Positions 38,501 through 50,798 of a stretch of DNA of 64,000 nucleotides are shown here, in pieces. Under the pieces are notes generated by a model. It was not told the DNA's origin. It saw nothing but the letters and a program-made list of their open reading frames with translations, and made no database searches. The stretch is from positions 56,606,001-56,670,000 of the forward strand of contig NC_043007.1 in assembly GCF_006345805.1 (NCBI RefSeq). The letters are read 5' to 3'. The stretch comes from Octopus sinensis. Lineage: Eukaryota. The position numbers and the translations under genes were made by a program. How positions within the stretch are numbered: the stretch's first letter is position 1; every line of letters begins with the position of its first letter.

Positions 38501-38671
38501 GTTCTCTTTAGTATACCAGAAATTCCGAGACCAGTCAAAGCCTTGTAGAATGAACGAGCCCAGAAAACACCGGCCGTTGAATTCAGTTGGCTCATGATGT
38601 ACCTGTCGGCTCTAGAATATATCTTAGTCAACGCTGTTTCGTGCAACCATATCTTTGTGTATGTATGTCTA

Positions 38672-38742
<71 letters not shown>

Positions 38743-39045
38743 TCCTTAGTCATTAGATTGACCATGCGGGGCATCTCGATAAGGTATTTAGTGGTACAAA
38801 TCTTAGAACTTACTTTAAGTCTGTTACTTTTTCTATGTCTCTTTTGTCGAAGCACTAAGTTACAGGGACGTAAACAAACCAACAACGATTGTCATGTGAT
38901 GAGAAAGACACAGATACATACATATGTATATATATATATATATATAATATATATAAAAACTATGTATGCTTATGTTTGTGTGTGAGTATCTATCCATCTA
39001 TCTATTTTGTATGTATGTATATATATAAATATATATACATACATC

Positions 39046-39098
<53 letters not shown>

Positions 39099-39241
39099 TT
39101 AATATATATATATATATACATACATACATATGTAGATATACATATATATATATATATATATATACATATATAAACTATGTATGCTTATGTTTGTGTGTGA
39201 GTATCTATCCATCTATCTATTTTGTATATATATATATATAA

Positions 39242-39286
<45 letters not shown>

Positions 39287-39296
39287 CATACATATA

Positions 39297-40560
39297 CGAG
39301 GGGCGTTCAATAAGTAATGCCCCTGACCCACTTCCCATAGCAGTAGAGCAACGACACTTGGCACAGTTATTAGTCTTTTCCTACATAGGAACTACCCAGA
39401 GTTATGCATTTCTCCCATCGTTTGATACAGCTCTGGAGACCGTTTTTGTAGAAGACCCCAGCTGGGTCCTCCAACCACGACGACTTCAGAAATCAAGGCT
39501 GCATCATCTGGAAAACGCTTTCCTTTCAAAATCAACTTCATGGCTGGGAAGAGGTGACAATTAGAGGGTGCAAGGGGAGGAGTTCATAGCTGCACGCCTG
39601 TGCTTCTGATCTGGCGACACGCGAGTTGTGGACCGGAGCGTTGTCCTGCAGGAGGAGGATGCCTTTGCTGATCTTGCCCCGCCTCTTGATTTTGATAGCT
39701 TCTCTTAATTTCCTCAAAAGTGAAGCATAATAGGCTCCTGTAATTGTGGTACCCTTTGCCAGGAAATCTGTCATCACTACTCCGTCCTGGTCCCAGAAGA
39801 CTGTGAGCATAACCTTGTCAGCGGAGGGCTGCACCCTTGCCTTCTTTGGAGGAGGTGAGTCACGGTGCTTTCACTGCATCGACTGGGCTTTGGTCTATGG
39901 ATCATAGTGATGGACCCAGGTTTTATCCAGTGTGATCAGTCTTTTGAAAAATTTTGACTCATCTTCTTGGCACATCTCCAAATTCATCCTCGAGCACTCA
40001 ACGCGTTCTTGCTTCTGGAAAGGTGTGAGCAACCTGGAAATCCATCTGGCAGACACCTTTTGATATGCAAATGGTCATGAATGATAGTTTCCACAGACCC
40101 GGTACTAATCTTGACCTACGGGCTATTTGGCGAATAGTTATGCGTTGACCTTCCAAAATGGCAGCCTCAACTTGACGGACAGACGTCTCATCAACGGCAG
40201 AAGGGGGCGACCAGATCTGGGAGCTATTTCCACAGAGTTCCGACTATGTTTGAATTCACAATGCCAGCGTTTTACAAGGTCATATGATGGGGCATCATCA
40301 CCATAAGTTACTTTCATTTCATCAAAAGTCTCCCGTGGTGTGCGTCCTTTCAAATACAAAAACCAGATCACTACTCGACACTCAACAGGCTCCATTTCAC
40401 ACTTGACTCAGTTCGAACACCTGTAAACAGAAACCACAATTAGTTCAGAGCTGTAATTCGCCACTTAATCTATAGAGATATAAATAAGTGCACATGCAAA
40501 ATTTCAGCTAGATCAAACAACTGCAAGTGGGTCAGGGGCATTACTTATTGAACGCCCCTC

Positions 40561-40561
<1 letters not shown>
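39297..40561 (-). mobile_element. Mariner transposon, irritans-subfamily-like, full length 1265 bp, perfect 37-bp TIRs, inactive
   Basis: TA|CGAGGGGCGTTCAATAAGTAATGCCCCTGACCCACTT ... exact reverse complement|TA, inserted in (TA)n. ATG at 40395 MEPVECRVVIWFLYLKGRTP; TWVHHYDP, KVMLTVFWDQDGV, LLQDNAPVH; YSPDLAP segment deleted; stop at 39370-39372. Confidence 0.96.
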
Positions 40562-40591
<30 letters not shown>

Positions 40592-40594
40592 TAT

Positions 40595-40824
40595 ATATCA
40601 CAATCAAGGAACGGCCATAATAGGCCATTCACCCACTAGAAATAACAAAAAAAGCTTCAAACGCAAAAAAACATTATTCCGTAACCAGGAGAAAATTAAA
40701 AAACATTTCCTGAAATTCCTTATACGATGCACCGTTTCTTCTACTGTTTAATGGTAAACTAACCTGATTAAATTAAATCAAGCCAATCTACATAGGCCTA
40801 TATGGCCGTTCTTGATTGTGATAT
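40595..40824. mobile_element. MITE with ~30-bp TIRs
   Basis: atatcacaatcaaggaacggccataataggcc versus ggcctatatggccgttcttgattgtgatat. Confidence 0.75.
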
Positions 40825-41829
40825 TGAACTAAAAATGGTTATGACTATTAATTTTTCCCCACTAGGCCGCTGGGGGCAAAAGAATTCTACAAAATTTTTT
40901 TTGCCTCCCTATATTGATGATATTATATATATATATATATATAGGCATTGTCTTCACCGTTGGTAACACTTTTCTTTCTATTTCTCCATAGCTTTCGGCT
41001 TCATGTGCCCGAGCTTTAATTTTTTATTAAACCTATTTAATTTATCCCTGCAGCTTGTTTGTTGTCACCATCTGTTTCTTTTGCGACCTCACACAATCTT
41101 GTCTGCCAGGTTTTCTCTCCCTATATACACACGAAGCGGCTGTTCGTACGACACATGGCAATCGTTTCTAGCAACCAATACTTTAAGTATTTAGTCTTTC
41201 AATAAATTGAGCATGAACACATATTTAATCACCAACAGCAAATAAAAATATAATGCTGTTGTTCTTTAGCCTAATGAAATTCTAGCTTCCATTTTTGATC
41301 ATAACGTTTTTTGTATAGGTAGAATTTTATAGCTCAACATTATTCATTTTGAAGACGGTGCGATTTGAGCGTTATTTAGGGGCTACATGTATATAGTAGA
41401 GGCTGTTTTATGGTAACAAGAAATAAAACTGGATCAAGAAGTAAAATATTTCTTGAATCGCTGCTCCTTCGACAAGAGAGTCAATACTACTTTCTAGCTC
41501 AGTTTAAGGAGGCGCCGAAACGACTGGACAATCGAGGAACATTAAGTCAAAGTGGAGATGATAGGAAAAGATAATTACTCTCAGGGTGTTGAGATTCTGA
41601 ATAGTGCCTCCATCATGGGTCCCCCTTAATGATCTCAGCTCTTCCATCTTAGATCGCCTTTAATGATCTCAGCATTGTTTAAGAACAAGAAAAATATATT
41701 TTAATGTGCGGAGGTAAGTAGAGACGATAACCCGCCGATAAAGTGTTTTTGGATATATTATTGATGTTATCTTCATTCATGCAGTGAAATGGAGATAATA
41801 TACCATATATACATATATACGCACGTATA

Positions 41830-41892
<63 letters not shown>

Positions 41893-42169
41893 ACATGTAT
41901 GTTTGTGTATAATATGTACAAATACGTATATATAGTATATACATATTTATATATATTCTAGGAACATATATAAACATTTATATAATGTATGTATTGTACA
42001 TATATATGCTTCTGAATATATAAATATATATATAGATACAAGAATTTATATATATATGTATGTGTGTGTGTATATGTATATATACATATATACATACATA
42101 TATATATATTTATGTATATACGTATACATGCAAATATGTGTGTGTGTAAATACACGCACACGTATAGTG

Positions 42170-42200
<31 letters not shown>

Positions 42201-42282
42201 TAATATATGTGTGTGTATGTATGTATGTATATGTATATATATATTCACACACACATACATGTGCGTATATATGTATGTATGT

Positions 42283-42337
<55 letters not shown>

Positions 42338-42530
42338 TGAGTGTGTACATAAACACATGTACATGCACGCATACACACACATAGACACATACACACGCAC
42401 ACAATATCGTATATATATATATGGACATATATACATATATACATAAATATATATTTATATGTATGTATGCATATATATACGCATAAATATATATATGTAT
42501 ATAACACACACTCACATGTATATGTGTGGG
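41830..42530. repeat. Long compound (CA)n/(TA)n/(TG)n simple-sequence field
   Basis: Direct reading; source of many spurious YIYI/MYVC ORFs. Confidence 0.95.
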
Positions 42531-42939
42531 GGTGGGGGATAGATATCACTTTGGATAATGACTTTTTATTACTTTATTTTTATTACTTTTTGTATCTTCT
42601 TTATCTTAGTCAAGGTGAGCGTAAGAAAATATTTAAAAACAATAAATGTATAAATTTAACAAACAGGACAACAAAAAAGTGGCAATAATAAGTAGAACCT
42701 ATCTAATTGGGGACCCGCGTTTTGTGAACCACTTAAAAACGCAGTCGGGTCGCTAAATCCAGCGCCACCTAGCAGTCTTTGCCCTTATACTGTCTGTTCG
42801 TTCTATCGTTATGATCAAGACAGCTGGTTGGAATACAGATCAACTCTTCCGTTCCCAGCTAGACAGCTGTGCTTGTCGCATGACAAACAATCACTTCTGC
42901 TATACAAGTGTGTGTGCCTGTGTGTGTGTGTGTGTGTGT

Positions 42940-42970
<31 letters not shown>

Positions 42971-43219
42971 TGTGTGTGTGTGTGTTCCCGTGCCCTCTGC
43001 TCTCTCTACATCTCACTATGTGGACGTACACAATGATCGCAGTGTCTGACAGATTTCCTATTGCTCTTGTATTGGTTACTGCACTTTTCCAAAATCTTTT
43101 CACATCTTTAATAATATACCTTATTGAGTCCAGGTCAATACGTTCAAAAGCTTCAAAGAAACATCTTTTTCTCAATTCCTAGCAGGTTATGTCCCACCTA
43201 ATAGGCTAGCATATTAACG

Positions 43220-43281
<62 letters not shown>

Positions 43282-43511
43282 TGTATAAAATTCTATTCTT
43301 TTGGGGGGCATTGGATCTCGAAACACATAAAGCTATAAATAATAACATGTAGATTATTGGGTTGAAAATCCCATATATCTATATGTATATATATATATAT
43401 GTATGTAATGGGATGTCCATCGATCGACGATGACGATTCTTTTGTTCGATAAGCTCCATTATTTGCTCCGAAATAAACGTGCAATTATCCGAGAATTCCA
43501 CATATACGTAT

Positions 43512-43746
43512 ACCTATTTCTTTACTACCCACAAGGGACTAAACTCAGAGAGGACAAACAAGGACAGACAAACGGATTAAGTCGATTATATCGACCCCAG
43601 TGCGTAACTGGTACTTATTTAATCGTACCCGAAAGGATGAAAAGCAACGTCGACCTCGGTGGAATTTGAACTCAGAACGTAGCGGCAGACGAAATACTGC
43701 TAAGCATTTCGCCTGGCGTGCTAACGTTTCTGCCAGCTCGCCGCCC
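43512..43746 (-). mobile_element. SINE family 1, well-preserved full copy (tail A)
   Basis: Reverse complement ggcggcgagctggcagaaacgttagcacgccaggcgaaatgcttagc..ctgagttcaaattccaccgaggtcgacg..ttaatccgtttgtctgtccttg..gtagtaaagaaataggta. Confidence 0.92.
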
Positions 43747-44016
43747 TTATAGAGACATACACATATATCGTTAATATAATCCTCAAGTAGATTCGGCATA
43801 AACGCATCAAGTAGGGGTGTGACAAGGCTGTACCATTCGAATTTCAGGTGTAATCCACCTAATGGGGCTTCTATACAGTTATCCCCTGCCCAGTTTCACT
43901 CAAAAATTATAGGTGAACGCGATGCTACAGAATACGTCTTTTGCCCAAGTGGGATCGAACGCGAGATCTCATGTTTTGGAAGCAAACTCATTATCTATTT
44001 GGCTACATTGTGCAGA

Positions 44017-44146
<130 letters not shown>

Positions 44147-44184
44147 GAGATGTACAAGAACATATATGTTTTTATGTATACATG

Positions 44185-44395
44185 CATAGTTAAGTACCAT
44201 GATAGATCGCTAGCCACTACACATTCTTTATTTTCTCTCCTTGTTTCTTTGTGTTACTTTCTGTGGAAGAGCGTAGGCTCGAAACGTTAAAGACTTTTTC
44301 ACTTCCCGAGCGTTATACCAATACATCTGTTTGTTGTCTACACCACCTGTCTTTGTCTTTTGTTTTGGTTTTTTTTTTGTGAATTCTCCCCCTAC
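44185..44395 (+). mobile_element. Solo pLTR of the same Penelope-like family as 37690-37937, with HHR variant
   Basis: Homologous block ttt-CTGTGGA-agagcgtaggctc-GAAAC-GTT-aaagac (44258-44293) ..gagcg..ataccaatac..tgtttgt..ccacctg..tttgtctttt. Confidence 0.85.
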
Positions 44396-44652
44396 GTATA
44401 TAATATATACATAATGCAATATTATGTGAATTCGTTTGTTGAAACACATCTTATTGTCTCGGGCGAGTCATTAAGCAAATATCAATAACACGCATCGGTT
44501 CAATCACACACCTTAATTATTTGTGACCGAGGTTGACTTTGCCTTCCATCCTTTCGGGGTCGATAAATTAAGTACCATTGAAACATTGGGGTCAATGTAA
44601 TCGATTAGTCCTCTCCCCCAAAATTTCAGGCCTTCTGTCTTTAGTAGAAAGG

Positions 44653-44790
44653 ATTATTAGTCAGTTGGTTAAATATCTATCCAAATTTCACGTACAAAAA
44701 AATAACAAAAACGATTGACTGTTTAACCATCACATTAAGCAGATGATCCATTAGTTAGTTGGATAGATATCTAACCAATTGACTAATAAT
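44653..44790. mobile_element. Small MITE/foldback, 32-bp TIRs
   Basis: attattagtcagttggttaaatatctatccaa versus ttggatagatatctaaccaattgactaataat (2 mismatches). Confidence 0.75.
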
Positions 44791-44830
44791 AAAGAAATTC
44801 AAACAGCGTGTGTGTTATTAATATTGGTTT

Positions 44831-45076
44831 AATGAATCTTGAGAGTGGCATTGTGCCGGTAATAATAAACACACGCACGGTCCTTTAGTGCTATTGTTAG
44901 ATAATGGTTTAGTTACTCCGTTAACCAATTTATCGATCAGCCGTTTTTTACTAGTTTTTCAAACTCATGTCAAACAGTTAATCGTTCAAATGTTCAGTAT
45001 TGTTAGTGTTGTCATTTCTTCTTTTGTCAAATAATTATTTCATCGCATTGTTGCAATCTCTTCAGTGACACTTCCA

Positions 45077-45111
<35 letters not shown>

Positions 45112-45403
45112 GTGTGTGTGCGTGCGTGTATGTATACATATATACATACATATATATATACATACACATACATACATACATACATACATACATACATACA
45201 TACATACATACATACATACATACATACAGAGAAATGGCAACAGTAACAATACTGAACATATGTGATTGAAAAGCAAGTAAAAAACGGCTGATCGATAAAT
45301 TGGTTAAGGGAGTAACTAAACCATTAACTAACAATAGCAATAAAGGACCGAACCAGTGCGTGTGTTAATTATTACCGACATAACGCACCTCTCAAGGTTC
45401 AAT
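44831..45403. repeat. Long imperfect inverted repeat (arms ~44831-45019 and 45229-45403) around microsatellites
   Basis: Shared core taatggtttagttactcc.ttaaccaatttatcgatcagccgttttttact in both orientations; one indel of ~20 bp. Confidence 0.8.
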
Positions 45404-45422
45404 AGTATATGTGTGTGTGTGT

Positions 45423-45460
<38 letters not shown>

Positions 45461-46516
45461 GCGCGGGGGTGGCTGTGTGCTAAGAATTTTGCTTTCCAAT
45501 TACATGATTCCGATTTCAGTCTCACTCCGTGGTACCTTGGGCAAGTGGCTCTACTGTAGCCTTCTGCCGTCTAAAGCCACGTCAGTTGATTTGGTTGACG
45601 GAAACTTAAAGAAGTCTATTTATGTGAATGTATTTGTGTCTGTGTTTGTTCCCCAACTCTCGCTTAGAAACCGATGTGTCTAAGTCCCCGTTATCTAGCG
45701 GTTCGCAGGAAGATATCGATAGAATAAGCACCAGGCTTACAAGGAATAAGTCCTCGGAAACTGAAAGAAGATTGTCGTATATAGGTGTATAATATGAAGA
45801 GAAATATATGAGACAAACAGGAATGAGTTCGAGAAAACTAATGACACTGCATTGAGAATAAATTCGTTTACCGGGCTACAGACATCTCTCAGTGAACATA
45901 TTGACACATTTGCTCGGAATCGTCGACTTCAACAAAAATTGTTTTCCTTTGTATAAGTGTAGTGAGGGCATAGTGTGGTGTATAACAGCAGTTAATTGAG
46001 ATAGCATTCATTGAAATATATAGCGACAGCCCTATGAAAAAGTGTATTTGTTAAAATTGAATTTATAACTAGTATTAAGTGGAAAATATTCCACTATTTC
46101 CTCCCCCACTGCCATTTTCTTTTAATATCAATCATTTATCACATTTCATGTCATTGCAAACAATTATTTACGAAATGATGATGTTATAACAATATCACTA
46201 ACAACATAGACATGAAATCATGAAGTTCTTACATCATTAATTACGAAGTCATGAATGTCTTTAAAAATGTGAAACTGGTAGATTATATGAACATCCCATT
46301 TCGTTCATGAAGCTTTGTCATAAACATTTCAGTACATTTACTTCTATATATATTTAGATACACACGCACACACACGCGCGCACCCACCCACATGCACATA
46401 TATATATATGTATATACAAATAGATAGGAAGGTAGCTAGATATATACATACATATGTATAACATATGTACACACACATACACAGCTTACCCACCTACCTT
46501 CATCTTATCGCCTTCT

Positions 46517-46559
<43 letters not shown>

Positions 46560-47630
46560 GCGCGGGGGTGGCTGTGTGCTAAGAATTTTGCTTTCCAATT
46601 ACATGATTCCGATTTCAGTCTCACTCCGTGGTACCTTGGGCAAGTGGCTCTACTGTAGCCTTCTGCCGTCTAAAGCCACGTCAGTTGATTTGGTTGACGG
46701 AAACTTAAAGAAGTCTATTTATGTGAATGTATTTGTGTCTGTGTTTGTTCCCCAACTCTCGCTTAGAAACCGATGCGTCTAAGTCCCCGTTATCTAGCGG
46801 TTCGCAGGAAGATATCGATAGAATAAGCACCAGGCTTACAAGGAATAAGTCCTCGGAAACTGAAAGAAGATTGTCGTATATAGGTGTATAATATGAAGAG
46901 AAATATATGAGACAAACAGGAATGAGTTCGAGAAAACTAATGACACTGCATTGAGAATAAATTCGTTTACCGGGCTACAGACATCTCTCAGTGAACATAT
47001 TGACACATTTGCTCGGAATCGTCGACTTCAACAAAAATTGTTTTCCTTTGTATAAGTGTAGTGAGGGCATAGTGTGGTGTATAACAGCAGTTAATTGAGA
47101 TAGCATTCATTGAAATATATAGCGACAGCCCTATGAAAAAGTGTATTTGTTAAAATTGAATTTATAACTAGTATTAAGTGGAAAATATTCCACTATTTCC
47201 TCCCCCACTGCCATTTTCTTTTAATATCAATCATTTATCACATTTCATGTCATTGCAAACAATTATTTACGAAATGATGATGTTATAACAATATCACTAA
47301 CAACATAGACATGAAATCATGAAGTTCTTACATCATTAATTACGAAGTCATGAATGTCTTTAAAAATGTGAAACTGGTAGATTATATGAACATCCCATTT
47401 CGTTCATGAAGCTTTGTCATAAACATTTCAGTACATTTACTTCTATATATATTTAGATACACACGCACACACACGCGCGCACCCACCCACATGCACATAT
47501 ATATATATGTATATACAAATAGATAGGAAGGTAGCTAGATATATACATACATATGTATAACATATGTACACACACATACACAGCTTACCCACCTACCTTC
47601 ATCTTATCGCCTTCTCGTGTATGTGTGTGT
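45423..47630 (+). repeat. Near-exact 1099-bp tandem duplication bounded by (TG)n; each unit includes a SINE family 2 copy
   Basis: tagg at 45458 and 46557; catcttatcg at 46501 and 47600. One substitution seen (T45677 / C46776) plus a TG-tract length difference. Confidence 0.92.
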
Positions 47631-47669
47631 GTCTCTGTGTGTATGTGTATGTGTGTGTATGTGTGTGTG

Positions 47670-47719
<50 letters not shown>

Positions 47720-48519
47720 TAACTGTGTCTGTGTACGTCTCTGTGTGATTAATCTCGTGTCGGAAATATTTCTCCAAAAGCTGTAATAGCTAATATTACC
47801 CTATTCGCTTAACATCTGACGTTTTTTTATTCGAAGAGATGACAGGTTTATGAATTAGTTGGTGCCGGCTAATGTTGATTAGCATTCTAAACGTTGGCAT
47901 ATAGTAAACAGAAATATCCTATATTACATGAGATAAGAACCATATAATGCCACACACTACAGAGCAGTTTGAAAAAAATGAACAAAACGAACAAAAAAAA
48001 AACAAGAATGAAAACATTGTTTTGTACGTGATCTCTGTCGTTGTCTGTTGTGTTCTGTGTCTTAGGGGGCACTAGAATGATAGGTATCTCTTCAACGTTA
48101 AATAACAGTGTTGAAATCTCTTGAAAATAAAATATTTTTTTCTTAATCTTTACTATTATACGAACAATTATAGTTTCCCTCAGTTACTAAGGACGATTTT
48201 ATACTATAATATCATAAGAGATATCTAGGTTGGTTAATTGTGTATTTATTTTGCCGAGTGAAGGACCACTGGTTGTTTCCTATCATCATCGGCATTGCAA
48301 TTTGTTTGTCCGTAAACAAAAGACTTAACTGGTAACAGCCCATTCTAAGAATATTATTTATTACTTTACATTCCCGCTATGTCACAAATTTATAGAACAG
48401 ATCGGAATAATCGATTGGTTTGACCTTAATACATGACTAAGCTTATTTTTATCTACTTGACACGAGTGAATTCAACCTCGTCGCATTTGTAACGACAAAA
48501 CATGACAGGGATATTTGAT

Positions 48520-48735
48520 ATTCTTTTCTACTCTAGGCACAAGGCCCGAAATTTTGGGGGAGGGGGCCAGTCGATTAGATCAACCCCAGTACGCAACTGA
48601 TACTTAATTTATCGACCCCGAAAGGATGAATGCAAAGTCGACCTCGGCGGAGTTTGAACTTAGAACGTAAAGACAGACGAAATACCGCTATGCATTTTGC
48701 CCGGCGTGTTAACGTTTATGCCAGCTCACCGCCTT
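48520..48735 (-). mobile_element. SINE family 1, full copy (tail B)
   Basis: Reverse complement ggcggtgagctggcataaacgttaacacgccgggc..gagttcaaactccgccgaggtcgactttgc..ccccaaaatttcgggccttgtgcctagagtagaaaagaa. Confidence 0.92.
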
Positions 48736-48829
48736 ACAAGGGGTGGATATTTCATATTGTCACTACTGTCTCATTACTGTTATATATTAATTAGCTTGCC
48801 TCTGATTCATTTAAAGCATGTTTATGTTT

Positions 48830-49170
48830 ACTTATTTATCATTAAATATGGGGAAATCTTGGAAGGACTTGTGCCAAACCATGTCATTAAAAGTTACACA
48901 AACAGCAGAATGGTGCGCCGCTGCATTGTGCCAACGATCCCAATATCGCCATCAAGATACAGGACCAGATACTGCAACATCTTGGGTTTCAAGGGCCTAC
49001 AGTTCTTCAATACTCTTCCAAAAAGCCTGAGAGATCTGCATGGTGTGGATGTAGGCTTCTTCAAAACAAAACTGGATCTCCTCCTATCAAGCCTTCTAGA
49101 TGAGCCTACTTCACGCCAGGAAACGCAGTCGAGGGCAGCAGCATCAAAATCCCTCATTCACAAAGGCCAC
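48830..49170 (+). mobile_element. CR1/L2-like LINE 3' coding end
   Basis: EILEGLVPN..RTRYCNILGFKGLQFFNTLPKSLRDLHGVDVGFFKTKLDLLLSSLLDEP..AAASKSLIH; typical LINE ORF2 C-terminus. Confidence 0.75.
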
Positions 49171-49320
49171 ATATATAGGGTATGAGAGGTATTGGTGTCA
49201 AAAAGACCCAAAAGGTGTCGGGTAATGCTAAGTATGTGCTATGGATAGACCATGGTTATGTTCCAGGTTCGATAATGATACGAATGAAGAGTCCAACATG
49301 GGTCATGTATTAGCATGCAT

Positions 49321-49625
49321 GTATAAATTGACAGAATGAGATAAAAAAAATCCAAGGCTGTAAATAGTTTTCAGAACATTTATAAAGAAAAGGGCTTACA
49401 GCTGTTTCCGGGATATTTTATATATCCCTTCATCAGAGACGGTGCGAGAAGGGATATATGAAGTATCCCGGAAACAGCTGATTGATTGATTGATTGATTT
49501 ATTGATTCTAGTTTCAGCTTATGAGCTGTGGCCATGCTGGGGCACCGCTGTAAGACCTTTTCTTTATAAATGTTCTGAAAACTATTTATAGCCTTGGATT
49601 TTTATCTCATTCTGTCAATTTATAT
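49321..49625. mobile_element. Inverted pair of Penelope-type pLTR copies (imperfect palindrome) interrupted by a short retroposon 3' end
   Basis: Left arm 49321-49431 mirrors the right arm 49448-49625. Insert attgattg..ctagtttcagcttatgagctgtggccatgctggggcaccg (49481-49547) with a gctg duplication. Confidence 0.8.
49394..49440 (-). ncRNA. Type I hammerhead ribozyme motif (minus strand)
   Basis: Reverse complement gtct-CTGATGA-A-GGGATAT-ataaa-ATATCCC-G-GAAA-C-AGCT-GTA-agcc; palindromic stem III ACAGCTGT; one mismatch in the 4-bp stem I. Confidence 0.65.
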
Positions 49626-49644
49626 ATGTATATATGCATAGATA

Positions 49645-49913
49645 CATCTAATATAGGACAAAATTTTTCGAAAAAAATTCTATCAATGGCCAGCATATGG
49701 AAATTTCTGTCGGCTTTCTTTGAAACACGTTCTTGTAGTGATAAATTACATGGTTATTGACGCAGTGTCTATTTTAGGCATATTTTGGCATTAGAAATTT
49801 TTTTCTTTTGCCCTTACTTATAAATTGTTTATAAATTTAACCTTTAAAGGTATTTTTTAATATGCTGGCCATTGATAGAATTTTTTTCGAAAAATTCTAT
49901 CCTATATTAGATG
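49645..49913. mobile_element. Foldback element with 53-bp inverted arms
   Basis: catctaatataggacaaaatttttcgaaaaaaattctatcaatggccagcata (49645-49697) versus 49861-49913 (2 mismatches). Confidence 0.8.
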
Positions 49914-50102
49914 TTAATTTAATAGTGTTCACTTCCGGACTCTCTCACTTTACGAGAGCTCTTCGGTTCGAATCGCACGTCTCAAGGTGTGCTAGAGAAT
50001 TTCTATTTTGGATATATTTGGGGTACTTAATTATGCTCGTGGCTTAGTGCTCGTTTCTTCCATAGGTATAAGTAAGTATTTCACTTATTTCTTTACCGCA
50101 TT

Positions 50103-50156
50103 TATCACTGATGAAGAGAAGGTTCTTATGAACTAACTCTGAAATCGGGTCCGATA
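50103..50156 (+). ncRNA. Slightly degenerate type I hammerhead motif
   Basis: tatca-CTGATGA-AGAG..CTCT-GAAA-TCGG-GTC-cgata; stems I and III each carry a mismatch. Confidence 0.5.
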
Positions 50157-50757
50157 GGGTAATAACGGAATTGTTTACAAATTTCTGTCGGCTTTCTTTG
50201 AAACACGTGCTTGTAGTGATAAATTACATGGTTATTGACGCAGTGTCTATTTTCGGCATATTTTGGCATTAGAAAGTTTTTCTTTTGCCCTTACTTATAA
50301 ATTGTTTATATGCATATATATGTATATATGTATGTGTGCATGTGTGTACTTTAATAATAAAGTGTGTATATATATATATATATATATTGTATGTATGTAT
50401 AAGTTGTTTCTTTTCAAGTTCGAAATTGTATGTATGGTTGGATTCCATCTCAATGGATTCTAATTTAAGAACAAAGCCAGCAGTTTCGGAGTAAGAGGAT
50501 TAATCGATACCATCGATTCTAGTAACTGATTAGAACCTTATTTTATCGACCCCACCACCACCCGGGAGAGACAAGACAAAGTTATCCTCAGCATGATTTG
50601 AACTCAGAAGGTAAAGAGCCGAAAGAAATACCGCAATTCATTTTCCCGACGTTCTAACGATTCTGTCTCTACACCGCCTTTGATTCCTACACAATGATAT
50701 TGAGAATTCGGAGTATATTTCTCGACATTTGTTCTTTAGGAAGACAATATATAATTC

Positions 50758-50798
<41 letters not shown>

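Noticed and set aside
43120-43178. Other exon-like segments (minus 43120-43178 ELRKRCFFEAFERIDLDSI; plus 6868-6968, 23857-23966, 41053-41186; minus ~51870-51916)
   Set aside because: One splice site is weak in each, candidates occur on both strands, and no homology was recognised; indistinguishable from chance without RNA-seq.
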